NCBI GenBank assembly: GCA_963803435.1
Contig: CAWDML010000008.1
Coordinates: 416,001 to 480,000 of the forward strand
Source of the DNA: an uncultured delta proteobacterium
GTDB taxonomy: Bacteria; Myxococcota; Kuafuiibacteriia; Kuafuiibacteriales; Kuafuiibacteriaceae
Direction: 5' to 3'
DNA length: 64,000 nt
This document shows positions 28,607 through 37,954 of the stretch, in pieces (position 1 is the first letter of the stretch; each line of letters starts with the position of its first letter). The notes beneath the pieces were generated by a model. It ran no database searches. It saw nothing but the letters and a program-made list of their open reading frames with translations, and was not told the DNA's origin. A program made the position numbers and the translations under genes.

Positions 28607-29724
28607 GCCTCGCCCGTATCGTCGCCGAGCACCGGGTGCTGATCTGCGTCGGCACGGGCGGCGTCGGGAAGACCACGGTCGCCGCCGCGCTCGCCCTCGG
28701 TGGCGCGCTGGCAGGACGGCGCGCCATGGTGCTCACCATCGACCCCGCACGCCAGCTTGCCCGTGCCCTGGGGCTCGCCACGCTCCGGCGCGGCGGCGAG
28801 CCGGTCCCTGCCGCGGCCCTGGCCTCCGCCGGCCTCTTCCCGGCGGGTTCGCTGAACGCCGGCATGCTCGACCAAAAGGCGGCCTGGGACGCGTTCATCT
28901 CCCGCCACGCACCCAGCACCGAGGTGCGGGACCGCCTGCTCGAGAACCCGTTCTATGACAGGCTCTCCACCTCGTTCGCCGGCTCGACCGAGTTCATGGC
29001 GATCGAGGAGCTGTGCCGCCTCGACGAGAGCGGTGAGCACGACCTCATCATCATCGACACGCCGCCCACGGGCCACGCGATCGACTTCGTTCGCGCTCCC
29101 GATCGCATGGAGAGCCTTCTCGATCCGCAGGTCGCGCGCTGGGTGACGCGCTCATACCGCGCTCTCGGACCCTCCGGTCCCCTCCAGGCCATGTCCGGGC
29201 TCGTTCGCTTCGCCTTCAATCTCGTCGTGCGCGCCTTCGGGCGCGCTGCCTTCGAGGAGGTGGCTGCCTTCTTCGTCGCGCTCGACGCGCTCTTCAGCGA
29301 CATCTCGGCGCGCGTCGATCGTGCCCGAGGCCTGCTCAAGAGCGAGCGCACCGCGTTCGTGCTGGTGGCCGGTCCCACGCCCCGCACGCTCGCCGGCAGC
29401 CGCGAGCTCTCGCGCACGATGCGCGATCTCGGCATGCCGATCCGCGGCGTGGTGATCAATCGTGTCCATCCGATGCCGAGCGAGGTCCGAGAGCCCGCGA
29501 TCGAGCGCGCACTCGCGGAGCTCGCGGCCGACGCCGAGACTTCCGCCTGGCTCCACCACACCTGGCGTGCTGCCACTGCGCGAGCGGCCGGGGAATCGGA
29601 CCGCCTGCGCGCCTTCGTCGCCGAGCTCCCACGCGGTACCTCCTGGACCGAGGTGCCCGAGCTCGAACACGACGCCCACTCTCTCGGCGACCTCGCCGTT
29701 CTCACCGCGCTGCTGCTCCGGTGA
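28603..29724 (+). CDS. ArsA-family ATPase 2
   Basis: GTGGVGKTT, TIDPAR, IDTPPT; ATGA overlap. Confidence 0.88.
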   Translation: MSLARIVAEHRVLICVGTGGVGKTTVAAALALGGALAGRRAMVLTIDPARQLARALGLATLRRGGEPVPAAALASAGLFPAGSLNAGMLDQKAAWDAFISRHAPSTEVRDRLLENPFYDRLSTSFAGSTEFMAIEELCRLDESGEHDLIIIDTPPTGHAIDFVRAPDRMESLLDPQVARWVTRSYRALGPSGPLQAMSGLVRFAFNLVVRAFGRAAFEEVAAFFVALDALFSDISARVDRARGLLKSERTAFVLVAGPTPRTLAGSRELSRTMRDLGMPIRGVVINRVHPMPSEVREPAIERALAELAADAETSAWLHHTWRAATARAAGESDRLRAFVAELPRGTSWTEVPELEHDAHSLGDLAVLTALLLR

Positions 29725-29844
29725 CGCGCTGGAGCGCCCTCGGTCGCCTCGCTGTGTTTCCATCTCGAAACGCTGCCCCGATCCGCGGAGGAGACAAACT
29801 GGTACGTCGGCTGCACCCGTCAGGAGCACGCAAGGAGGTGCCTG

Positions 29845-30060
29845 ATGTCGGCCACGGTGAAAGAGATCATGAGCGGCGAGCTGTTCTTCGCACCTCCGGA
29901 CGATACGACCGATGCGATCTTGAATGGCCTGCTGAGCTTCGCGATCACGGGTGCTCCGGTGCTCGATGGCTCGGGCAGACCGCTCGGCGTGGTATCGCTG
30001 CGCGACCTGGTCGAGGGTCGCGAAGGTCGAAGCGCAGCGGAGGTGATGATGACGCCGCCA
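29845..30060 (+). pseudogene. Truncated CBS-domain protein
   Basis: SD AAGGAGG; VKEIMS...ITGAPVLD..GRPLGVVSLRDL...AEVM; similarity is then lost and the frame runs antisense into the next gene. Confidence 0.55.
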
Positions 30061-30204
30061 GCGTCGAGGATGCCGATCCCTCCCAGCGCGACGCCACCGC
30101 CCAGGGATTGCGCCCGAGGGCCGAACCGCAGCGGAACCCGCGCGCTGTCGTCTCGTGAGGTGCGAGCCGAGCGATCCGTTCCTCGAGCACGTGCCAGCTC
30201 CGCG

Positions 30205-30666
30205 TCAGGTGAAGACGATCTGAGCGCCCTCGGCCAGCGCGAAGAAGTCGCCGGCGGTGATCACGTCCTTCACCTGCGGGAGCAGGTCCTCGCGCTGCAG
30301 CTTCATCATGTCCATCGCGAGCTGGCAGCCGTAGAGCTCGCAGCCCGCCTCCTCGAGGATTTGAATCATCTCGCGAGGTCCGGGGAGATCGAGCTCCTCC
30401 ATCTTCTTCTTCATCATCTTGGCGGCAAGGTTCTCCATGCCCGGAAGGCCTGCCAGCATGGTCGGCATCGGGCTCGCCGGGTTCCCGACCATGTTCACGT
30501 GAAGGTGATCGACCTTGTTCTCCGTGACGACGTCCAGCCCGTAGAACGTGAAGAACATCATCGCCTCGATCCCGGACATCCGCGCCGCGTTGGCGAGGAT
30601 GAGCGCCGGGTAGGCCTCGTCGAGCCCGCCCTTGGAGCAAATGATCGCGACCTTGCGTTCGCTCAT
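30205..30666 (-). CDS. DsrE/DsrF/DrsH-like (DsrE2-type) sulfur carrier
   Basis: AYPALILANAA, FFTFYGL, LYGCQLAMDMM. Confidence 0.88.
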   Translation of the reverse strand: MSERKVAIICSKGGLDEAYPALILANAARMSGIEAMMFFTFYGLDVVTENKVDHLHVNMVGNPASPMPTMLAGLPGMENLAAKMMKKKMEELDLPGPREMIQILEEAGCELYGCQLAMDMMKLQREDLLPQVKDVITAGDFFALAEGAQIVFT

Positions 30667-30676
30667 GACCGTCTCC

Positions 30677-31552
30677 TCAGATGCATCCGACCGGCTTGGG
30701 CACGCCGGCGATCCGCGCCGCGGTCAATCCGGGCGCCTTCTTGAACAGCGCGTAGACCTCCTTGGTGCTCAGCCCGGTCCCGCTCACCAGCTTCCTGACG
30801 TTGGGGCTCTGGCCGCTCTCGAGGAACGTTGCGCGCGCATAGTCGAGCACCGCCCAGTGGCGCTCCGTGAGCTCGGGGATGCCGAGTGCGTGCGCCATCT
30901 TCAGCGCGACCTCGTGGTTCCACGCGTCCGGATCGACCAGGAATCCCTCTGCGTCCAGCGCCACCCCGTCGATGACGCTCACCGCCACCGGCTTCGGGCG
31001 CGCCGGCGCCGGCGGGCCACGCGGCACGGGCGGCGGCACGCCGGTGGGCGCGAGCCTCGCAGCCAGGCGATCCCGGCCGGAGACTCGCTCCCGCTCGACG
31101 TGCCGGGCGCTGCGACCCACCTCGCGGAGCACCGCGAGCAGGACGCCCAACCCGCGCTGAACGTCCTCGTCGCGCGTGGCCCGGAGGGCTCCGAACATCC
31201 CGACCGGCCCTTCGTTCTCCGCCGACTCCACGACCTCGGACGCCTCCGACATCATCTGCAGCACCTTCGGTTGGGTCACGCTGCGCACCGTCTTCAAGAT
31301 CGAGACGATGTTGTCGCCGAGCTGGCGCAGATCCTCGGGAGAGAAGCCGGTCACCACGCGATCGAGCACCGAGGCGGCCTCGCGCCCGAATGCAAAGTAG
31401 CCCCGTCGCTCGAGCGCATCGAGCTTCTCCGTCATGACACTCATTGCGCTCTTGGCGATCGGCATCATCTCGTCGATGAGCTCTTGCTGTTTCTTCTGCC
31501 GCTCGAACAGCGCTTCGATCCGAGCGAGCAGCATCTCTTCCGTGGTGGTCAT
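30677..31552 (-). CDS. DUF1641-like domain fused to TusE/DsrC-family sulfur relay domain
   Basis: GMFGALRATRDEDVQRGLG, Pro-rich linker, then LDAEGFL...LTERHW...AGVPKPVGCI. Confidence 0.8.
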   Translation of the reverse strand: MTTTEEMLLARIEALFERQKKQQELIDEMMPIAKSAMSVMTEKLDALERRGYFAFGREAASVLDRVVTGFSPEDLRQLGDNIVSILKTVRSVTQPKVLQMMSEASEVVESAENEGPVGMFGALRATRDEDVQRGLGVLLAVLREVGRSARHVERERVSGRDRLAARLAPTGVPPPVPRGPPAPARPKPVAVSVIDGVALDAEGFLVDPDAWNHEVALKMAHALGIPELTERHWAVLDYARATFLESGQSPNVRKLVSGTGLSTKEVYALFKKAPGLTAARIAGVPKPVGCI

Positions 31553-31553
31553 G

Positions 31554-32780
31554 TCAGCTCCACTTGCCTGCCGTCAGCATCCGATGATCGAGCGGCAGCT
31601 CTTTGCCGGGCAGCAGCAGGTTCCAGTAGACCCATTTGAAGGCCAGCTTGCCCCAGTGGTTGACGTGGCTCTCCTCGAGCAGGGTGAAGGGACCGACACC
31701 TGGAAGTGGGAATCGCCCCGGGAGAGGCTCCGTCTCGTAGTTGAAGTCGATCAGCATGCCCTTGTCGTGACCGGTCTCGATGAAACAGTTCGAGTGCCCG
31801 TCGAAGGATTCGCTGGGCGCGCGCCCGTTCACCCAGTCGAGCACGTTCTGCTCCACCACCTCCGACTGGAAGTGCGCGACCGAGCCGGCCTTCGATGCGG
31901 GCAGATCGGTCGCGTCGCCCAGCACGAAGATGTTCGAGCGACCCTTCGCCATCAGACTGTGCTTGTCGGTGGGCACGAAGCCCAACGCATCACCCAGTCC
32001 CGAACGGGAGATCACCGGGCTGCCCTGGTGGAGCGGCACCGTCACCAGGAGGTCGTATTCGAGGTCGCGATCGTCGTATGAGCGAAGCACGCGACGCTCC
32101 TCATCCACCGAAGCCACTACGAAGCTGGGCTCCACCGAGATCTTCTTCTCGGTCAGGAGGTGGCCCAGCATGGCCGAGGCCCTCGGCTTGGTGAACGCGC
32201 CGTCGAGCGGCGTCGCCAGGACCAGGTCGACGCGGTCGCGCAGTCCTTTGTCGGTGAAGAACGCGTCCGCCAGAAAGAGCAGCTCGAGCGGTGCGACCGG
32301 GCACTTGATCGGCATCTCCGCGATGTCGAGGACCAATCGGCCGCCCTTCCAGCGCGCCAGCGTGCGGCCGAGCGCGGCCGCCCCTTCGACCGTATAGAAG
32401 TCGAAGACGTTCTCTCTCCAGCCGGGACCCACCAGCCCCTCGGTCGCCTCGGGCGCGACCCGCGCGCCGCTGGCGATGATCAGGAGGTCGTAGTGCAGGT
32501 CCTCGCCGGACGCGAACCGGATGCGGTTGTGCTCGGGCTCGATCACCTGGATGGACTGGAGCTCGAGCTCGGCGCGAGGGCCGATGCACGCGCGTCGGCT
32601 CTTGAAGAGATCGGCCTCGCGGAGCGCGCCGAAGGGCAAGAACAGCAGACCCGGCTGGTAGAGGTGGCGATCGTCTTCGTCGACGATCGTGATGCGCCAC
32701 TCCTCCGGCAGCACGCGCGCGAGACGGTTGGCCATGATGGTGCCAGCAGTGCCGGCGCCGACGATCGCGATGCGTTTCAT
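31554..32780 (-). CDS. sqr: Sulfide:quinone oxidoreductase-like FAD oxidoreductase
   Basis: GAGTAG, HLYQPG, IKCPVAPLE, GDAT, FDGHSNCFIETG; operon with DUF1641, TusE and DsrE. Confidence 0.85.
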   Translation of the reverse strand: MKRIAIVGAGTAGTIMANRLARVLPEEWRITIVDEDDRHLYQPGLLFLPFGALREADLFKSRRACIGPRAELELQSIQVIEPEHNRIRFASGEDLHYDLLIIASGARVAPEATEGLVGPGWRENVFDFYTVEGAAALGRTLARWKGGRLVLDIAEMPIKCPVAPLELLFLADAFFTDKGLRDRVDLVLATPLDGAFTKPRASAMLGHLLTEKKISVEPSFVVASVDEERRVLRSYDDRDLEYDLLVTVPLHQGSPVISRSGLGDALGFVPTDKHSLMAKGRSNIFVLGDATDLPASKAGSVAHFQSEVVEQNVLDWVNGRAPSESFDGHSNCFIETGHDKGMLIDFNYETEPLPGRFPLPGVGPFTLLEESHVNHWGKLAFKWVYWNLLLPGKELPLDHRMLTAGKWS

Positions 32781-33028
32781 GACCTACCGTGAGACCGCAA
32801 GCGGTGGGCCAAGCACCGCCGAGGGCCCACCGCGAGGACGAGTTTCGGGGAAGAAACGCCGTGTTACTGCGATTTGCTCGCGCCGCTTCGAGGGGCATCC
32901 TCGTCGGCAGGGTCTCCTCCAGAGTGCTGATGATCCCTCGGCGTAACGCGGGCGCAACATCGTCGAAACGTCGATGGCGTTTGACGCTTCTGCGGCGCCG
33001 AGGCCCCCGGATTGCACCGCCGAGGGGC

Positions 33029-33271
33029 ATGACGAAGAGCAGCGTCCCCGACGATCCCAAGACCCTGGAGAGCCTGCGTGACGAGCTCCAGCTGCAAGCC
33101 CATCTCTTCAAAGCAGAAGCTCGAACGAAGCTCGAGCGGCTCGAGAACCGATGGCACGAGCTCGAACGGCTTCGCCACCAGGTCGGGAAGGAGTCGACCC
33201 AAGCGGCACAGCATATCGCGCAGCAGCTCCTCGAGCAGTATCGACTGCTCAAGGACGACCTTCGCAAATGA
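33029..33271 (+). CDS. Small coiled-coil hypothetical protein
   Basis: LRDELQLQAHLFKAEAR...W helical pattern; SD GAGGGG. Confidence 0.6.
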   Translation: MTKSSVPDDPKTLESLRDELQLQAHLFKAEARTKLERLENRWHELERLRHQVGKESTQAAQHIAQQLLEQYRLLKDDLRK

Positions 33272-33431
33272 ACGACGGGACGACCATGAAGACATGTCAG
33301 GAGCTCTGCCACGAAGAGGAGCGGTCCGAGGTGTGAGGCGGTTGGCGGCTCGGTAACAGCACCACTCCACCTCCGTGTGGACAGCGTTGGCCGCGCCTAT
33401 GCAACGGACACATCATCGAAAGGAGCTGCAC

Positions 33432-33851
33432 ATGGCGCTCGTACGTTGGGAGCCCTGGAAGGAGCTCGAGAGGTTCTTCGGACACATGCCGCGGTACGCG
33501 ACCGAGAACGCGGTTGCGGAGTGGATGCCCACGGTCGACATCGAGGAGAACAACGAGGAGTACGTCGTGAAGGCGGAGCTCCCCGGACTCAAGAAGGAGG
33601 AAGTCAAGGTCACGTTCAAGGACGGCGTCCTCGCCATTCAAGGTGAGCGCAAGCAAGAGAAGGAGGAGAAGGACAAGAAGTTCCACCGGATCGAGCGCAC
33701 GTACGGGACGTTCTATCGCGCCTTTGCGATCCCCGAGGAAGTGATCGAAGCAAAGATCCTCGCCGAGCAGAAGGACGGAATCCTCTTCGTCCACATGCCC
33801 AAGGGCGAGAAGAAGAACAAGGAAAAGACCATCGAGGTCAAGGTCCATTGA
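33432..33851 (+). CDS. Hsp20/alpha-crystallin small heat shock protein
   Basis: WMPTVDI, AELPGL, ERTYGTFYRAF, DGILFVHMPK; SD AAGGAG. Confidence 0.95.
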   Translation: MALVRWEPWKELERFFGHMPRYATENAVAEWMPTVDIEENNEEYVVKAELPGLKKEEVKVTFKDGVLAIQGERKQEKEEKDKKFHRIERTYGTFYRAFAIPEEVIEAKILAEQKDGILFVHMPKGEKKNKEKTIEVKVH

Positions 33852-34142
33852 TCTCCGTGAGACGGTAGCCGGCGCGGTGCGAACGAATCCCTCGTCGCTC
33901 GCGTTGGCTGCCGCCGGCTCTCGCCATCGGCGTCTCACGTGCCGGCGGCGGGGCGAGCGTCTCGACGGGTGGAGTGTCCCACGACCGAGCGAACAGGTAA
34001 CCTCGGCTGCGCCCCAAGCGCCAGGCATCTCTCGTGGAGCCGAGACACCGTCGAGTGACTCGACGATCGAATCAGCCCTACCGTAATCCGCTCGCGAGAG
34101 CGGACACTGCTCGGCGTCGATTTCGTCTGCTACGATCGCAGC

Positions 34143-34436
34143 ATGCACATCGGAGTCGTCCTCGGTCTCGCCGCGCTCGCCGCTTCGATCTACCTGTTGC
34201 TCCGCTCCGCGCTCCGCCCCTGGGCGCTCGGTGCCTTGGCCGGCAGCGCCGTGTCCGTGATGCTGGCGCTCGGTTGGATCAGCCTCCGGATCGCGCACGT
34301 TCCTCTCCAGCTGGTCCTCAGCCTCACGCTGGTGCTGTGCGGTGGATTCCTGGTCGCACGCGCCAGCGGAAAGGGTGACGTGAGCGCAGCGACGGTGGTC
34401 GCGTTCGTCGGGCTCGTGCGCCTCCTGAGCGTCTGA
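34143..34436 (+). CDS. Small multi-TM membrane protein
   Basis: Almost entirely hydrophobic helices. Confidence 0.55.
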   Translation: MHIGVVLGLAALAASIYLLLRSALRPWALGALAGSAVSVMLALGWISLRIAHVPLQLVLSLTLVLCGGFLVARASGKGDVSAATVVAFVGLVRLLSV

Positions 34437-34522
34437 CACCTACAGGCCCGCGGTCCTGTGGACGGCGCATCTCACCCCCCCTACGGTAGCCCGGGATCCG
34501 GCCTTGCGTCAGAATCGGCGGG

Positions 34523-36433
34523 ATGCGCCGGAGGGTCTCGGAGGCGTCAATCCTGGCGATTTTCGCCTCGATGACGCTCGCCCGCTGCTTCGACGAGCCC
34601 GACTACTCCGGCCTTGCGTGCAGCGTCGAGGCTCTCTGCCCGCAGGGCTTCGTCTGCACGGAGCAGGGGGTCTGCGCGCGCCCCGGGGAGGACGCCGGCC
34701 GCCCCGACGGCGCCGTGCCGCCCGAGTGTAGCGGCCCGGGCGACTGCGACGCGCCCGGGCCGTGCGAGGAGGTCGACGAGCGGGTCGACTGCATCGCGGG
34801 CGTCTGTCGCTATCCGTCGAAGGTCTGCGACGACCCGCCGCCCGGCGAGTGCATCGACGGCGACACCAAGTACCGGAGCTTCTCAGGCGTCGGGAAGTGC
34901 GAGGCGGAGGAGGGCTGCGTCTATCCGGAGGTGGTCATCGACTGCCTCGACTGCGGCGCCTCCTGCCTCCTGCGCTGTGAGGGACTGGTGTGCAACGACG
35001 GCAACGGCGGCTGCCGCACCGAGGGCCACTGCGTCCCCGATGAGCCGCCGAGCTGCGCCTACGTGAGCGCGCCCGACTCCACGCCGTGCGATCTCGACGG
35101 GCTGACCGGCGACGAGGGCTACTGCAAGAGCGGCCTCTGCGTGGAGTGCGTCGAGGACGAACAGTGCGACGACGGCAACCCCTGCACCGAGGACCTCTGC
35201 CTCACCGAGACCAGCACCTGCTCGCACGCTCCCATCTCGGGGATCTGCGATGACGGTGACGCCTGTACGACGGTCGACACCTGCGTCGACGGCGCCTGCC
35301 TGGGGAGCGAACCCGTCGTCTGTGAGCCCGCGCCGGGACAGTGCTACGAGAGCCCGGGAGAGTGCGATCCGACCGACGGCGCTTGCGTCTTCACCTCGAA
35401 GCAACCGGGCGTGGCCTGCGACGACGAGAACTTCTGCACCACCTCGGACGCCTGTATGGAGGGCGACTGCGTCGGCAGCGCACCGCTCGACTGCGACGAC
35501 CAGAACGCCTGCACCGACGACGGCTGCGATCCGACGACCGGCTGCACGCACACTGACAACGCCGATCCGTGCGACGACGGCAACGCCTGCACGCTCCAGG
35601 ACAACTGCAGCGGCGGGCTCTGCACTCCCGGCTCGGCCCTCGACTGCAACGACGGCAACCCGTGTACGGCCGACGCTTGCGATCCGGCCACCGGGTGCAC
35701 GCACACGTCCGTCCCGGACGACACCACCTGCACGTTCGCGGGCGGCTTGAGCGGCATCTGCCTCCAGGGCGCCTGTGTCGGCTGCGCCGACGATGCCGAC
35801 TGCGACGACGGGAACGCCTGCACCACGGCGACCTGCGTCAACCAGACCTGCACCTACGCGAACAACACGAACACCTGCAACGACGGGAACGCCTGCACCT
35901 ACAGCGACCACTGCGCGGGCGGCGTCTGCGCCGGCACCGCGATCACCTGCAGCAGCAATGCGTGTGTCACGCGAACCTGCAACGGCACCGCGACCTGCGC
36001 ACAGACGTTCCACAACGGTGCTTCATGCGCAGACGACGGGAACGCCTGCACGAACGACGTCTGCAACGCGAGCGGGACCTGCACGCACCCTACCCGAGCG
36101 AACGGGAGCTCCTGCGGATCGAACTCCGCCAACCGGTGCTGCGGCGGGAGCTGCGTGAACATCTCCACCAACGAATCGCACTGCGGCGGCTGCAACACGG
36201 CCTGCAGTTCGGGTCTCACCTGCGAGACGGTCGCCAACACCACCTCGTGCTCGCCGCACCCTGCGAACACGAGCGGTCGCTGCCGCTGCAACGGTTCGAA
36301 CGCGCAGTGCCCTCGAAGTCAGGTCTGCCGGACGGTCACGCCGTTCAACAACCGATGTGCGCCGAGCTCGGCGTCGAACTGCGCGTCGGTCTTCGTCGAC
36401 GTGAGCAGTTGTCCGAACTATTGCCGCTACTGA
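34523..36433 (+). CDS. Cys-rich repeat surface protein (CDDGNxCT repeats, STIG1-like C-terminus)
   Basis: Signal-like N-terminus; many C(D/N)DGN(A/P)CT..C repeats; CCGGSCVNISTNESHCGGC. Confidence 0.85.
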   Translation: MRRRVSEASILAIFASMTLARCFDEPDYSGLACSVEALCPQGFVCTEQGVCARPGEDAGRPDGAVPPECSGPGDCDAPGPCEEVDERVDCIAGVCRYPSKVCDDPPPGECIDGDTKYRSFSGVGKCEAEEGCVYPEVVIDCLDCGASCLLRCEGLVCNDGNGGCRTEGHCVPDEPPSCAYVSAPDSTPCDLDGLTGDEGYCKSGLCVECVEDEQCDDGNPCTEDLCLTETSTCSHAPISGICDDGDACTTVDTCVDGACLGSEPVVCEPAPGQCYESPGECDPTDGACVFTSKQPGVACDDENFCTTSDACMEGDCVGSAPLDCDDQNACTDDGCDPTTGCTHTDNADPCDDGNACTLQDNCSGGLCTPGSALDCNDGNPCTADACDPATGCTHTSVPDDTTCTFAGGLSGICLQGACVGCADDADCDDGNACTTATCVNQTCTYANNTNTCNDGNACTYSDHCAGGVCAGTAITCSSNACVTRTCNGTATCAQTFHNGASCADDGNACTNDVCNASGTCTHPTRANGSSCGSNSANRCCGGSCVNISTNESHCGGCNTACSSGLTCETVANTTSCSPHPANTSGRCRCNGSNAQCPRSQVCRTVTPFNNRCAPSSASNCASVFVDVSSCPNYCRY

Positions 36434-36628
36434 CCGGCTCGAAACGCCGACGGCACGGCCCTCCGAGGTCACCGTCACGCTCGACGGCAAGGGCGCCTCG
36501 CGGGTGAGGATCGCCGACCCCGCCGTGGCCTCGCTCGAGGGCTGTGCTCGTGGCGGCGGCACGGGCGCAAGAAGCAGGCCGACGTCTCGGTGGATGGAGT
36601 CCGGATGAAGATGTGATAGTCGCGGACC

Positions 36629-37831
36629 ATGACGATCGAGGTCCGACCCATCACGGCCGGCGAGCTCGGCCGCTTCCGCGAGGCGGTGGTGACTGTCTTC
36701 GGCGGCGAGGTGGACGAGGATCCCGGCGGTGACGCCCGCCTATCCCGCCTGCTGGATCCTTCGCGGACCTGGGCCGCGTTCGACGCCGGGCACGTGGTCG
36801 CGACGGCCGCGACGTACGACCTCTCGATCTTTGTTCCGGGAGGCCTCGTCCCGATGGCCGGGCTCACGGTGGTGACGGTGCGTCCGACTCATCGGCGTCG
36901 CGGGCTACTCCGCCGTTTGATGGGGCTCCACCTCGAAGAGGCGCGCACTCGGCGGATCCCGATCAGCGGCCTGTGGGCGTCGGAGGCGCGGATCTACGGC
37001 CGCTTCGGATACGGCATCGCGGCGGAGGCGGACGGCGTGGAGATCGAGGGTGCGCATCAGCTCGCGCTCAACCCGCCGGGAGCGCTCGACGAGGTGGTCT
37101 GGCTCGACGAGACGGAAGCGCGCCGCGCGTTGCCGCCAATCTATGCACGCGCGACGGCGGGTCGTCCGGGCGCGCTGGTGCGCTCGGAGGTCTGGTGGAA
37201 CGAGCGCCGCTTTCTCGAGGCCGCGTATATCCGCGGGGGGGCCAGCCGGCGCAGGCACGTGCTGGCGCGCCGCGGTGACCAGCCGGTCGGCTATCTGGCG
37301 TTCCGCCAGCGCGGCGGCTTCGCCCATCTCGGGTCCGGTCGGGTCGAGATCATCGAGCTGATCGGTGTGGACAGCCGCGCGGAGGCGACGCTCTGGAGGT
37401 TCGCGCTCCAGGTAGATCTGTTCCCCACGGTCGCCTGGTCGAATGCCCCGATCGACGACGCGCTGCCGTGGATGGTCGACGATCCGCGACGCGTGCATCG
37501 GCGCCGCGTCGATACGCTCTGGCTCCGGATCGACGACATCCCCGCCGCGCTCGGCACGCGCCGCTACGCGAGCGACGGCGCAGTGACGTTCGCCCTCGAG
37601 GGCGAAGTGTGGGAGCTGGTCGCGGAGGCTGGAACGGGTCGCTGCCAGCGGATCGAAAGAGAGCCCGAGCTCGAGATCGATCGTGACACGCTGGGGTCCC
37701 TCTACCTCGGCGGCGCGACCGCGTCCCGCCTCTCTCGCGCCGGACGTGTTCGCGGAGATCCTGCTGCGGTCGCCGTCGTCGACCGCCTCTTCTCCTGGCC
37801 GGTGGCGCCGTGGTGCCCCGAGATGTTCTGA
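36629..37831 (+). CDS. Eis-family GNAT acetyltransferase
   Basis: VTVRPTHRRRGLL, LWASEARIYGRFGYG, LGSLYLGG; C-terminal PWCPEMF. Confidence 0.9.
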   Translation: MTIEVRPITAGELGRFREAVVTVFGGEVDEDPGGDARLSRLLDPSRTWAAFDAGHVVATAATYDLSIFVPGGLVPMAGLTVVTVRPTHRRRGLLRRLMGLHLEEARTRRIPISGLWASEARIYGRFGYGIAAEADGVEIEGAHQLALNPPGALDEVVWLDETEARRALPPIYARATAGRPGALVRSEVWWNERRFLEAAYIRGGASRRRHVLARRGDQPVGYLAFRQRGGFAHLGSGRVEIIELIGVDSRAEATLWRFALQVDLFPTVAWSNAPIDDALPWMVDDPRRVHRRRVDTLWLRIDDIPAALGTRRYASDGAVTFALEGEVWELVAEAGTGRCQRIEREPELEIDRDTLGSLYLGGATASRLSRAGRVRGDPAAVAVVDRLFSWPVAPWCPEMF

Positions 37832-37954
37832 CCCCCTGCTCGAGACTCCTCGCGCCTTCGCTAGACGGCCGCGAAGTACGTCCTCATCGGAGCGAAGTAC
37901 GGCATGAACCGTGCGAAGCGCCCAGGTCCGGCCGGCCTGAACGTTGCGGCGCAA

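Noticed and set aside
27682-29724. 680-aa tandem ArsA fusion ORF
   Set aside because: Produced by the 1-bp insertion at ~28086; the middle is off-frame text and ArsA2 has its own SD and ATG at 28603
29845-30744. 299-aa CBS ORF
   Set aside because: Only the first ~70 aa are CBS-like; the rest is largely antisense to the DsrE gene
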